Shown: positions 1 through 13,140 of the stretch, piece by piece
Position numbering within the stretch: the first letter of the stretch is position 1
Layout of the letters: every line of letters begins with the position of its first letter
NCBI GenBank assembly: GCA_051294905.1
Contig: CM119372.1
Coordinates: 37,140,001 to 37,204,000, forward strand
Reading direction: 5' to 3'
DNA: 64,000 nucleotides
DNA from: Botryllus schlosseri
Taxonomy: Eukaryota
Notes under the pieces: generated by a model
Seen by the model: the letters and a program-made list of their open reading frames with translations, nothing else
Told to the model about the DNA's origin: nothing
Database searches by the model: none
Program-made: the position numbers and the translations under genes

Positions 1-1242
1 CCAATGGCTATGACAACCTACGGCTAAATGCAACTAAAATAATTTCGAGTAGGCTATATAATAACTGAAATGTAATGCTGAAGTAACCAAGTATTCCGGC
101 GGGGGCTGGGGCATATGTCGTATGCCGTTGAAAGGAGTGTGCAATAAACTCGGAGCGAAGTATAATTGATGTATAGATTTACTGTACTTAGGGAAATCGT
201 GTTATTGTAAGATAAAAAATAGCCATAATTGCAAATTATTAGCAACTTCTGGTGGAGGTAGGTATACTGCACCACCGCAACGAATCGTAATGGAATGAGG
301 ATTTAGCAGAGTGCATTAAACTTTGGATTTGGTTTAAAATGTTCGCCCTGATATCATTGTACATAATGTAAGACTCACATGAATTGATTGTATCGTTGGA
401 TTGAATATTCTGACATCGCCGCTTCAGTTGGTTTGGTACCAGATGTGTTATTGCATGCATATTAAAAAAAACTTTCTCTACTCTGTAGTACCCCATTCAC
501 CAATAAATTGTTGGAACCTGATCCAAAATGAATATATTATTCCTCGCAATAGTGGAACTAAAATCCCAATCACACAGTGGATGCGTGGATTTGATCATTG
601 TGTTTTGCGATGCGAATGGAGCAGCGGACGATCATGATATACACCAGAGTTCAGCCTATGATCTACCAAGGCCGTAACTAATGCACCAAAACCCCCCATT
701 GCAGAACCTCGAAGAGGGCCAAGATTATTTCGTTGGTCGTTTGTTGGAGGGTGTTTATACGACTTAAAAAAATTTCGTCGCGCTTCGCGCGGGGTCTACA
801 TTTTTATGTCATCAGTAAATTAAGGGCAAAATGCGCATATTTTGAGAAATAGGCATGTCGGCGCCGTCGATTACCACGCATTGAACAGGACTATGACTTC
901 AAGATAAGAGGTGGGCCACAGCACATGCTCAAACCGGAAAATGGGCCACGGCCAAGAAAGGGCTGAGAACCCCTGGACTAGACACTAGAGTAGGCTACTT
1001 CATGTAAGTATACCTACTTATAGGAGTCCCCGGAAGTCTCGCCCACGGCCCCTCAATCGTATGGCCACCACTGGTGATGAGGCCATGCTTCAAGTCGAAT
1101 ACAGTGAATTTCAATAAGGAACATCGTTCTGGGGTAACGTGACTTTAGGCTATGGTCTTTCATGTACCATGAATACCAACAACATACGCTATTCGATCCG
1201 TGTCATGACTTTTAAAGAATGTAAAGAAATACCATGCTTTGC

Positions 1243-1405
1243 CGAACGTTCCAATGACGAAACCTTCCATATCACAAACCACCTGGCCGAGGTGGAAGTA
1301 TCCCGCTGCAGTGGTAGTTATATTAATACACCCGCCAAATAACGCACTGCAAAAGTCAGTCACCGCCAGATTCTGAAGCATGAAATGTATGGGTCGTTGC
1401 AGATT
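1243..1405 (-). CDS. Opsin B (c-opsin-like GPCR), coding exon 2 (ICL1-TM2-ECL1-TM3 start); gene continues beyond left edge
   Basis: tttcag acceptor, then NLQRPIHFMLQNLAVTDFCSALFGGCINITTTAAGYFHLGQVVCDMEGFVIGTFG. Aligns without gaps to rhodopsin LRTPLNYILLNLAVADLF...GCNLEGFF (C110, E113). Length is 163 nt, identical to opsin A exon 2. The donor at the homologous position is GC. Confidence 0.9.
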
Positions 1406-1598
1406 CTGAAAGTCGACAAATGAATTCACTCCAAGCAACTGTCTGATAAGCAATAGTCTGAAACGAGAGGCCTTCAACATTTTTCTTCTTGCTTTTGATA
1501 TTCATTACAAAATGATTTGTTACTTAACCCGTATTAGCATTTGTCATCAGTCTTACATGTGAAGAGCTTCTTGGAGGTACAGAACTTCAATATACAAT

Positions 1599-2148
1599 TA
1601 AATAGTATATTCATATTGAAATGAACCCGAATATTTTCGGCTGACACTCGTCAGGGGTAATCGTCAGCAACTAGTAGAGAATTGAAAGAACATTGTATAT
1701 CAACAATCGTCACAAAATATGACGTCACCAGCATGAAATTTCGAATGAGAGAGCGTTCAATGTACTATTTTTAGGTGATACACGAACTCCTTTTGTTGAC
1801 AGAGTTTTGGTTGGTGTATTTTGATAAAAGTTGATTCCAAGGCTATCGAGACGACCGATTTCGAATCGTAGGTCGAGACCGTTCACAATTCCATTTGTGT
1901 GCCTTGGAATCAACTTTTATCAAAATACACCAACCAAAACTCTGTCAACAAAAGGAGTTCGTGTATCACCTAAAAATAGTACATTGAACGCTCTCTCATT
2001 CGAAATTTCATGCTGGTGACGTCATATTTTGTGATACGATTGTTGATATACAATGTTCTTTCCCATTCTCTACTAGTTGCTGACGATTACCCCTGACGAG
2101 TGTCAGCCGAAAATATTCGGGTTCATTTCAATATGAATATACTATTTA
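1599..2148. mobile_element. Foldback/MITE-like palindromic element in opsin B intron
   Basis: Arms 1599-1843 and 1901-2148 are near-perfect inverted repeats around a 57-bp spacer. A diverged single arm recurs at about 18625-18760. Confidence 0.8.
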
Positions 2149-2406
2149 GTCTTACATGTAATCTAAGTTCTTCTTTGAATCTAAATCCGTATATGCTCTG
2201 AGTGAATACGTTGCAAGAGTCATTGGAATTGACGACTATGGCCGTGTTGCTTCGGCAATGTCAGATATATTATATTCACGTTTGTATTAAAGAGTGATTT
2301 TATCATATTAGATTTTGCGATCTATCGGATACCAATTTTGACTATTGCCCGTTCCAACAAAGCCTCGCATACCTTCATTTGTCGACAAATAGGAAGGTGC
2401 ACTGAC

Positions 2407-2589
2407 CTTGCTCTCATAGGAAGTCACTAGGAATATTCCGTTCCCGAGAAGAGCAAATGCGGTGATCGTAGTAATGTAACTGAACAGTAAAAGGTAAACA
2501 AAACGGGGAACCGGTTTTATTCGAAGATTCGACCAATCGGCCACACTACGGAGAGCAGTTCCATTGTCGTACGACGCTAAATGAGACAT
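2407..2589 (-). CDS. Opsin B coding exon 1 (N-terminus and TM1)
   Basis: MSHLASYDNGTALRSVADWSNLRIKPVPRFVYLLLFSYITTITAFALLGNGIFLVTSYESK|gtcag. Contains an NGT sequon and the TM1 GN motif. The phase-0 donor is at the same position as in paralogs A and C. Confidence 0.88.
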
Positions 2590-2592
2590 ATC

Positions 2593-2657
2593 CTGAAATT
2601 CAAAGTATTGTGCATCTCGATATATAGATATCGTCTATTCCACTATATATAGCCTAC
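2593..2657 (-). other. Probable 65-nt 5'UTR intron of opsin B
   Basis: Minus-strand CAG|GTAGG donor at 2657 and aatttcag acceptor ending at 2593, 3 nt before the ATG. Confidence 0.5.
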
Positions 2658-3832
2658 CTGATACAAACTCGCTATCTCCCCGTTGCTTTGATAAAGTGAT
2701 TGCGTATATTAGCTGGCTTTCGCGAGAAGTGTTATAGTTGGAGGCGGACAAAACGGCGCAGCAACTTTATTTCCCGTCTTTTCACTCAGCATCTTGCGGG
2801 CGAACCGGAAAATCATGTGATGTTATTAGTGGACTACCAAGACTTATAATAATTATCGTAAATTACGATTGCATGAATATTCAATGAGCGACGAGGGCGA
2901 ATAGGCTATATATCAAAAGCTTAGATCCCCTTAAGGTCTATGTCCGCACGGTTATAAGCCGTGTCAATCAATACATTTGACGTGCAGTTCTCAGTGTCGC
3001 AAACGTCGATGTAAGACAGCAGTCGCCAATTCAATATGGGTTAAGGGTCACTTTTCAAACTTCGTAGGCTCCGCGGGCCGCAACCACCCATGTCGAATAC
3101 ACGAATAAGTTATACACTTGGACGAAATTTCCACGATACGTTACTGAATACACAGTTTTGCTCTCTAACTCATGTGATAGATATATATTTACTGACTATA
3201 TATTGGTCAGTGCACAAGGGATGAGCAGATTTGCACGGATTCAGATCATGCGATGGATTGTCATGCTAATTTCCATGGAGCCAGATTATAATATCGATCA
3301 AATGGGACGTCACAATTGAAGATTCGTGATGTCATCTCGGCACAAAATCCTGATTTGCGGCTACGTATGATTCCTCATGTGTGTCATATCTTCTGCGTTG
3401 AAAACTGATGTGATGTCAAACTCGTACAAAACCAAACCCCAACATTATTAGTGACTATCACAAGTTCACTTTCCAATGGAGGTGCGTGGTCAATAACGAA
3501 ATACTGCTCGTTTTCAGAAGTACATGTACTCGAGCAGTTTTTCCTAACTACGTTACTTACGCAAGTGGTTAGATGGTTACAATGTTACTTAAATTTCAGA
3601 TGTTATACTTCTATTTCAACACGATTGCCAAGGATGACTATTTCGTTCACTTCTACGTTCCACTAAATAGCCTACACCGACGTTCGATTTTTGTGCTCTC
3701 ATATAATGGCGATCTCGTTAATATTTCATGCTATGATTAATGATGTAAATCGGAACATCGAAATTACAGATCATCATATTCATTAGATATACCGATATTG
3801 GGAATATGTGTCTCTGAGTAGACAGTGTTGGC

Positions 3833-4156
3833 TAGGGTTACCATACGTCCTCTATTTAAAGTTGAAAGTGTCCTGGGAGGACGCCTAAATGTCCTAATTT
3901 TTGGGAATTTGTCCTCTTTCTCTCGGACAAGTAATAAAATGCCATGATAAAGGCGACTCCGACGCAGCGAACGTCATAACATCCGTGAAAATCCGGTAAA
4001 TTGGGAGTTGAATAAAAGTGATGACCCTTTTTTCAGTCAACACAGTACTATAGGTCGTACAATATTCAAAATCACCATTTTTCTTGTCCGGTGCTGGAGT
4101 TTTCAGAATTTATCAAAAGTGTCCTCTTCTTAGGATCTCAAAATATGGTAACCCTA
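3833..4156. mobile_element. hAT-type MITE (TAGGGTTACCA termini)
   Basis: TIRs tagggttaccata / tatggtaacccta; exact 8-bp TSD gtgttggc. Confidence 0.9.
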
Positions 4157-4480
4157 GTGTTGGCTCAATCCTACGAATCATCTCACCGATATCCAAAGCG
4201 TGGTATGTAAATCAATACTAGATCTGTTAGCTACGCGAGTGCTTGCTTTCATCGCAATCAAAAGCTAGTCAGCCACCAAATCACTTCAGCGTGGACAGAT
4301 TTTGAATTTGGTCAATGGGTATTAATTTGTGATAAACGGACTAGTTGATAACTTGCCACTGTAGGAACTCGTATCCTACTGAGTAGTTAACTAACTAGGT
4401 AACTCTCATTGCGATACTGAGAACGCCAGACAATTAATCTTTAATCACAACAACAATAATCATCAACATGCTATCTGACT

Positions 4481-7400
4481 ATAGATAACTAACCTACGGA
4501 TAGATGGGCAACACGTGATTCACGGTCGAGAGCCCAGATGCCGTTAGATTTGTTGTCGCTTCATAGCATGAAGCGGCAGGTTATTGGCCAGATTGATGTT
4601 TGGTGCAGATAGGATATAGGGCAATCACAACAGGTTATTTAGTGATACAGTACACAGGCACTGGCGCGGCTATCATTGCATTAATATCAGGAGGATATTT
4701 CATGAGCAAAATAAGTCATGATATTCACTCTATTATTAATTGGTTTCAATATTGATTTCGGCTGAGATTTCCTTGAACTATTTTGGTTTGTATAATCATT
4801 AGAGCGGCCATGTTTTGATATGTCAAAATCGTAGTAGTACGAAAGTTGCCTATTTCTGAGCCAAAAACGTTTTTTGATGCTTAACTACTTCGTTAGGACA
4901 GCTATAGTTCCTACCAGAAATGAAGATCGAAGAAGTTGGCTACAATTTTAACATTATGTGGTCAAAAAAAACGCCCTAATAATCAGAGATAGGTTTTAGT
5001 ATGTATTGCTAAATAAAGAGAATATGTTTTCATAATCCAGGCATAATTAATATGGAATAATTATATTTCGAATTACTGACTGAGGATATCATGTGTGCGT
5101 AGGGCTTGGCACAATGATTCTCGAATCTGAACATAATATGATTGCGGTGGAGGATGCATCAACGAGTCACAACTGGAGCTATTTCTCTTCGAAGTCAGCT
5201 GTCATAAAATAATCCAGTTTTTGGGCAACATAGTCTTCTTGCTTTGCATGTTGATACTGCCTAGCCATGCAAAGATTCCTCCTATGTAAAAAAGAGGTAA
5301 ACCAACACTATGGCTGAAACCTTGACGTTGGTGTGTTGGCTTTTGTCCAATATCAGCTGGCAGTCTACTTCGCAATGGTGACATATCAAACTGACACATA
5401 TATCCTCAGTATTTATTATTTTCAATATTTAATATTATCTTATATATATATTATTCAATCGACTTTCGCTTGGGTATTGGGGATGCATCGTAGGGCTTTG
5501 CCGATCTTTTCATTGCCTTTGATTGGGTGACATGATGGATGTCGTACGCTAGCTGTGGAATATCCGGATTTGTCCGTCTTCTCGCCATTTGTCTCTGCAA
5601 TCACAATCCCAGTCAATAATCTAACGCCTTATTACGTTTAAGTATCTTACTAAATTTCCAAAAAATGCCTCTAGCACATCTTGCGTGAACGTTCCAAGGG
5701 CCAACTTGGGCATTTCTTCGATGAGACGATCGCATAGACCCACCATATTCCGTGACGTGAAAATTAGGCCCAGGTTATTGCTGGGACAAAGAAGATTCCA
5801 TTAGATGGACTCTTTACTGATCCAAATCCGTAGGCTCCTGAAAGGCCAATTTTTCTATGCGCCGATCCTCAGCATCTCCTCAAGGTAGCTTTACCTGATA
5901 ATTTTAGATCATATTATATTGTAGTACGGTGAGCACTACCAGAGGTGGTCAAAGTAGTCAAGAAAGCTACTCAAGTAGAAGTACAAGTAGCGATGAAAAA
6001 ATCTACTCAAGTATGAGTAGAAGTACTTCTTCCATAAGCAACCTAAAACTACTTGGAGTAGAATTAGAATTGACTGACTTTAAAGCTACTCAAGTTAGTA
6101 GTTTTGAAAACTATCGTAATTCGTTCGCATGGACTGCCAAAAGCTATGAGGAAGGAGTAAAGAGCTTGATTCATATTGATGCATCCCAGGCGGGGTCAAT
6201 TTTTGACAGAATAGGCAGTCGTCCATATCATGGGATGTAAATGATAGTATTGATATGGAATGTGCTACTAATTCTTTGTTTACTTGAACACCCCGTTTTA
6301 GAGAATATCATGGCATGGTGCCCTCCCCCATATTATAAGGCGCCTAGTTTAGTCAATGAGCATTGGTGACAAGTTGTGTCGGATACGGCTTCAACACTTT
6401 GCGCGATTAGTAAACGTTAATTAAAAATATGGCAGTTCGTATGTTTTCAAAATGTTTACACAATAACTGAAACAATGACAATAATGCCCGTAATTTGGAG
6501 AAAAATACAAAAAAAGCGGTAATATATAATGTGTCGTTTGTCCAGAAAGTTTCAACGGTGGTCTGCTAGAACAGGTCTAAGTCAAACGTTAAAAAAAGTA
6601 AAGGTTCACTTTTCCGGATTTGGACACGTCATGTTACTGCTAGATTGCGAAACGATAGTATCAAATGTTATGGTGGGGGGGGGTATACTTACTGTGATAC
6701 TTTCGTTTAAACATATTTGTCACGCCGTATCTACTGCGCGCGAAGCGCAACGAAAATTTTGGGTATTACTTGACTTATGAAAATTAAATGTTAGTAGGCC
6801 TACCATGTGAAAACAGACCCGAAATTCCATACCCGATATATTCTTATATCCTAACAGCCACACGGAACTCTCTATTCATCGAAAGCAGAGGGATCTCGAT
6901 ACATGAACATGAATGGGAGAGGGCAAGATATATTATGGACGGATATCCAAAAACTGTTTGTCGTGGAGTCGCGCAGCCTGTCACTTTACCAGTCCGGATT
7001 TACATTGGCCCATGTTGATTTAAATCCACGATCTAAAGTAGGCAAAAAATATGTTTGACACCTCTGGTCTAGATCAGTGCTTTTCAACCGGTTGGCTGCG
7101 GCCCACTTGGGCCGCGAAGACATTTTAAGAAACGATGATAGATCCCAATTTGTAGATCTGTTCTCTACCACGAAGACCAAGTCGAAAAATGTCAATATTT
7201 TCAACGTTTTCTTCCACTTTTGGATGATGATTCTGGAACATGTAATTGACGGGCCTGCGGGGCTCGTGCACTTTCGGACTAAACTCAATACAGCCTTATG
7301 GAGAAAATGTGATTTTGGTCCCAAAGTGCATGAGTCCCACAGCTATTCGCTCTATTGTCTGTAGTGGTTTGAACGTTTGTCGCGAAAGGGTGTGTGGTGG

Positions 7401-9334
7401 GCCACGCAATGAAATTTAGATGGAAAGTGGGACGCGAACTGAAATAGGTTGAGAAGCACTGGTATAGATGATGCGCTTGCAATCATTCACTGGGCTGAAA
7501 TGTGACCGTTTTTCATGCCAGATGAATGTCAGTTTGGCTACAGGTGTATTGAGTCACAAAGTTGGAAATTGTTTGAAAGGGATGGGAGCAACCGGTACAT
7601 CTGATTTTGTTCTGATGATGGAAAGGTATGAGTAACGAATTTTCACTTATATAACAAGGGGCTTGATTTTATGACCTAAAACAGATGGTTCAATAATCAA
7701 TGTCGTCACATGCCGCATTAGTTATCCGATATGCAGCCTGGACGATGAAAGAATTGCATGGCTGGGTGAATTTTCGGATCGATTATTGAGTTGGAAGGTC
7801 AGTTCCTCATAGTTATTATTCGAGGTATTTTCGGGTCATCATGTAATTTAGAAATATGCTTCAAGTCGTGGTGAGCCAAAACGAATGATGGCAAAACCCA
7901 CAATGGAAGGCCTAATTTTCACGTCACGGAATATGGTGGGTCTATGCGATCGTCTCATCGAAGAAATGCCCAAGTTGGCCCTTGGAACGTTCGCATTTTT
8001 CAGTCGAGCTCAGCTGCGCGCGCCTCTTCAGATGCACTGTCTAAGAATTATCAAGGTGAAATACACTAAGAAAAAGTTGATCAAGTCCCTGCATTAATTC
8101 GATTTTTAGTACGCATTGTATCAATATTTTTAAAAAGTTTATTTAGACTCTCGCGGGCCGCACAGAACGGTGTTGCGGGCAGCATGCGGCCCGCGGGCCG
8201 TAGTTTGCCCACCCCTGCGTTAGATTATTGACTGGGATTGTGATTGCAGAGACAAATGGGGAGAAGACGGACAAATCCGGATATTTCACAGCTAGCATAC
8301 GACATCCATCATGTCACCCAATCAAAGGCAATGAAAAGATCGGCAAAGCCCTACGATGCATCCCCAATACATAATATAATATTAAATATCGAAAATAATA
8401 AATACTGAGGATATATGTGTCAGTTTGATATGTCACCATTGCGAAGTGGACTGCCAGCTGATATTGGACAAAAGCCAACACACCAACGTCAAGGTTTCAG
8501 CCATAGTGTTGGTTTACCTCTTTTTTACATAGGAGGAATCTTTGCATGGCTAGGCAGTATCAACATGCAAAGCAAGAAGACTATGTTGCCCAAAAACTGG
8601 ATTATTTTATGACAGCTGACTTTGAAGTGAAATAGCTCCAGTCGTGACTCGTTGATGTATCCTCCACCGCAATCATATTATGTTCAGATTCGAGAATCAT
8701 TGTGCCAAGCCCTACGCACACATGATATCCTCAGTCAGTAATTCGAAATATAATTATTCCATATCAATTATGACTGGATTATGACAAACATATTGTCTTT
8801 ATTATAGCAATACATACTAAAACCTATCTCTGATTATTAGGGCGTTTTTTTGACCACATAATGTTAAAATTGTAGCCAACTTCTTCGATCTTCATTTCTG
8901 GTAGGAACTATAGCTGTCCTAACGAAGTAGTTAAGCATCAAAAAACGTTTTTGGCTCAGAAATAGGCAACTTTCGTACTACTACGATTTTGACATATCAA
9001 AACATGGCCGCTCTAATGATTATACAAACCAAAATAGTTCAAGGAAATCTCAGCCGAAATCAATATTGAAACCAATTAATAATAGAGTGAATATCATGAC
9101 TTATTTTGCTCATGAAATATCCTCCTGATATTAATGCAATGATAGCCGCGCCAGTGCCTGTGTGCTGTATCACTAAATAACCTGTTGTGATTGCCCTATA
9201 TCCTATCTGCACCAAACATCAATCTGGCCAATAACCTGCCGCTTCATGCTATGAAGCGACAACAAATCTGACGGCATCTGGGTTCTCGACCGTGAATCAC
9301 GTGTTGCCCATCTATCCGTAGGTTAGTTATCTAT
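4481..9334. mobile_element. Large foldback element with ~1.2-kb inverted arms (Mutator/Foldback-like)
   Basis: 4481-~5627 is the near-identical reverse complement of ~8217-9334, and 5687-5770 pairs with 7909-7992. Flanking direct repeat tatctgact / aatctgact (9 bp, 1 mismatch). Confidence 0.8.
7075..7461. mobile_element. hAT (Buster-like) MITE nested in foldback spacer
   Basis: TIRs cagtgcttttcaacc / ggttgagaagcactg; TSD gtctagat / gtatagat with central TA. Confidence 0.85.
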
Positions 9335-12164
9335 AATCTGACTGGCACCTTTTGAGCGTGAAAGTCAGAGCGGTACGAATGTATCGGAATGCTAATATTC
9401 TAGCGGTAACGCGCCAGGAATAAACATAACACACTTGCGAGTCGCGATCGCTTGGATATAGTTTGTAGGTGTATTATGTGCAGCTACACCACTTTGATTT
9501 ATATGGGAGCAATACTCCACGATGAAAAGATGCGTGGCTCGCGACTCGGCGTGGGCAATATCGAGTACATGATTGATTAATTTCTGAATGGAGTATTATA
9601 GGCTCCGATTATGACTCATTGTGGCGTCATAAATGTGTGGAAGACGTGGGAACTTCGAATTAGTAACTTTCAGGCGACCGCGAAGAATATAATTACAGTG
9701 CTACATCTCGTGAAAGATACTTTGGTATATCTCAACCATATCCATTTCATTGTACTTTGTGATAATGGTGAGGGTTGATCACGAGATTACAGATACGCCC
9801 TTTCCACAAACGCACGTCGCTTTGTACTACAGGTTCGTATTATCAATTATGACCAATATAAATTTAAGGGCTTTCATATTGAAAGATAATATCGAAACTA
9901 TAATCCACGATTTTAAATTAAAACTTAATAGCAAGTGGTGTACAATCGGAGTCCACAAAACATCAAACCCTATTACTTGACAAGAATCATAGGAAGAAAT
10001 ACTAGATCCAAATTCGAGAACTCGGATCATTGTGACTAATAGGTTCCTGACCCCTTATCTAAATGCTGAAATGTTCGCAGCCGGAAACGGATCAAAGTCG
10101 TTCTTTGGTGGAGAATCGCAGAATCACAATGGTTTACACATAAATCACGAATATGAACATTTGTTTGCACCATCCTAGAACCTAGACCTAATTGACATAT
10201 CGGAAAGAAAATGCAAATGCAAATTAACATGAATGCTCTTCATCGATGCGGCACGCAAGTTCGCCTGTGACTTACCATGTTCGTGCCATTCGACCGTCTC
10301 GTGGGCAGCATACTCGTGTCGATCGGCCCCTTTCATTGAGAATTCAGGAAATTATAAGAAAATTCCAGCCCAATACCCGACGGAAGCGACTCGGATGCAG
10401 AATCGATAATTTGATTATTATTAGAATAATAATAATCAACATATATATTGACTTCAACAAATTGACAGGCATCTGCTACATTGGATATTCGATAAAATAA
10501 CTTTGTCACCAATCAATCTTCGAAAATGAATCTTCTCGGCCTGAAACTCTCCATCTGGATGTACCATCCGTAATCGCATCAAGGAAACTCATCATCAGGC
10601 AAGATTAAAGAGAATCGATCGAGTTGTACAGCACGCTAAATTTCATGCTCCTACACATGCTAATCCTGATAGGCATGATGGTATTACCACACTTGCAGTG
10701 ATTGATTCTAAATTAATGAGACTATACACAGTCGGACTATATATTGACTACATACAGGCTCAGGTCGGATATATATGGAGAGTTCGCCGTGCCTCTCTTC
10801 TTAGAATTTATATGGAATTGAATGATATTAGGCGAGGAACGCGTTTGCGTTGTTTTGACTAGTTGTGAGGCACAATTGGAACAGTATGCATACGCTAGTA
10901 GTGCGCTAATTCAATATTACTTTGACAATTCCTTTATCAGACTTTTTGTATGTTTGAGTATATGAAATGTTATCATCATATCCTAGTACTTTATCATGAT
11001 ATATATACATATATATTCTATTATACTTTGGTATACCGACGGCGAAATTATATTGGATCATTTTCTCAATATTTCTTTTTATTATCACGGCTTCTTTTTT
11101 TTACTAATCCCCGCATCCCAGAATCACAGTTTCGGCTAGTTGAGCAGTTCGGTTATTGTGCTATTGACGTCCCACCCTAGTGTGACCCAGATCCTCAATA
11201 TCAAGATATTTATGTTAGATATGGCCATTGTTAAGCTTTGTGGTGACCCATCTGATGTTTCTTAACCGTTTCCATAGCGAGGACCCCCGAATGTTTTTGA
11301 ATGGTTGCACGGTTTCCCAACCGAAAACTTTGGGAAGCTGATGAGCAGAAGTCAGCATTTCCGCCCAGTCCTAATCATATTGCGGTTAGGTCTATCAGTT
11401 GCCTGTAAAGCTACCTGATTACTAATTAATGTTATCTAATTTCATGGTTACCCGTGGAAAGTGCTGAAAGTAAGGACTTAAGTCAAATATAAAGACACTC
11501 GTTTTAAAGACCAATGGATTTAGAAAGTTGTAATTTTAACATTGCCTTTCATTTGATCTCTGGTCAAGAACCCAAGCCCACAACGTTGACGTGGACAAAT
11601 GCCACGGATGCATCAACATATTTAGATACCGCTTTATAGAATCGCATTGTGACAGCCTGCGACCATGCACACTATAAAAATGTCTACGCAATTGCATTTC
11701 ATATGTAGGCCTATACCGTATATTTATTCGTCATATACCCAACGACTGCAATAGGTAAACGAATACCAGCAGTGAAAAATGGTGTTGAAAGCAAAATATG
11801 TATTCTCACGAGTTTGTAATGATTAAACCCTTGAAAAGTAACGCCTTTTTTCATAGCTGGTCTTTAGTATCCGACAAACAGGTTTTATTCCAAAAATACT
11901 ATTCATTGCGAAGTTTATTTACGTTTATTTATATTTGAATGGTTTCCCTTCTTGGGTGTGCCTACCCAATGATCGGGTATGTGGTTCTTTAGTATTTCAA
12001 TTCTACATGCATCATTATTCTCTGAATATTTATATACTTTCAACGTTGAAAACTATGAACCGCTCTCTCTTTATATATATATATATATTTATTTCTCTCT
12101 TATCAAGCAGTTGCGGCACAAGAAATGAATGATATATATATCTGACTACAAAGGATTCGTGGCG

Positions 12165-12356
12165 ATGTCGCTAATGACTGATTCTAGTAACGAAACTGTC
12201 GACTCTCGTATCAAGATGGCGTTAAATTGGTCAGAACGTAACATAGAACCGGCGCAGCCTTACGTGTTAATTCCCGTGTGCGTTTACATGACCACCGTTG
12301 CAGCGATGGCTGTCACTACAAACGCGATTTTCATCGTGACTTCGTTCAGGAGCAAG
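12165..12356 (+). CDS. Opsin A exon 1 (N-terminus and TM1)
   Basis: MSLMTDSSNETVDSRIKMALNWSERNIEPAQPYVLIPVCVYMTTVAAMAVTTNAIFIVTSFRSK|gtgag. The start could alternatively be 12129 or 12174. Strongly similar to 57257-57439. Confidence 0.88.
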
Positions 12357-12686
12357 GTGAGCAAAACGTGTTGTCTATGGTTCAGTGTTTTAATTTTTTT
12401 CAGACCTGAGGGCCATGGCCCACTCGGGGGTCACAGGAGCAAATTCCAAATTATTCAGTTGGTTCCTCAGATTTGTAGCGTCAAATTTTGTTCGCGGTAA
12501 TCGGTTGACTCTCATTAGGGATCTTGGTCCTGACTCTTGTTAGATAGAGTTAGAGAGCTTGCTGATTTTGTCAGCCATTAAATACAGAGGGCGATATTAA
12601 TAACCATACAAGTCATCAAGTTATAGCATCTGAAATTGCCAAACTTGCATTAGATCGATCGTCTTCATAAGGAAACCCCATATGAC

Positions 12687-13140
12687 TAGGGTTGCATTTA
12701 AAACAAACGGTGATTTGAAACGCTTTGTTTAAAAAATGTTTTAAACAGTGTTTTAAAAAAAAGCCTTTGAAAAAAAAACAAAATGGTGTTTTTTAAGGGG
12801 TAAAATTATGCCATTATTGTGTAATACTTAACAAAAACATGTTGTATGAGCCTACGGACAACTACCACCCGATATAGCCTACTTATGTCGATATGGAATG
12901 GTTGCAACCCTCAAATTAGTCGGTTCAACAGCAATAGTAGCCTACATATATTTCGTCAAAAGAGCTAATTTTACCCTATATATTCAATTGTCAATGTCAA
13001 TCCACCATGGCGTCACAGTTGTTTATTCGTGACGTCATGGCTTTCAAAAAAACATAAAAAACAATAAAAATATGTTTTAAATAATGGCCCTGTTTTAAAC
13101 ATGCTTTTTATCAATTGATTTTTTTTTATATGCAACCCTA
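12687..13140. mobile_element. hAT-type MITE (TAGGGTTGCA termini), opsin A intron 1
   Basis: TIRs tagggttgcat / atgcaacccta; exact TSD catatgac. Confidence 0.9.

Noticed and set aside
230..520. Possible opsin B exon 3, or a Buster transposase remnant (SNDTI...DI...QI)
   Set aside because: No RY..ICKP motif was found on the minus strand in 1-1242. The transposase resemblance is too degenerate to call without a search.
5202..8612. Duplicated 65-aa ORFs MCQFDMSP... on opposite strands
   Set aside because: A by-product of the foldback arms; no recognisable domain or splice structure.
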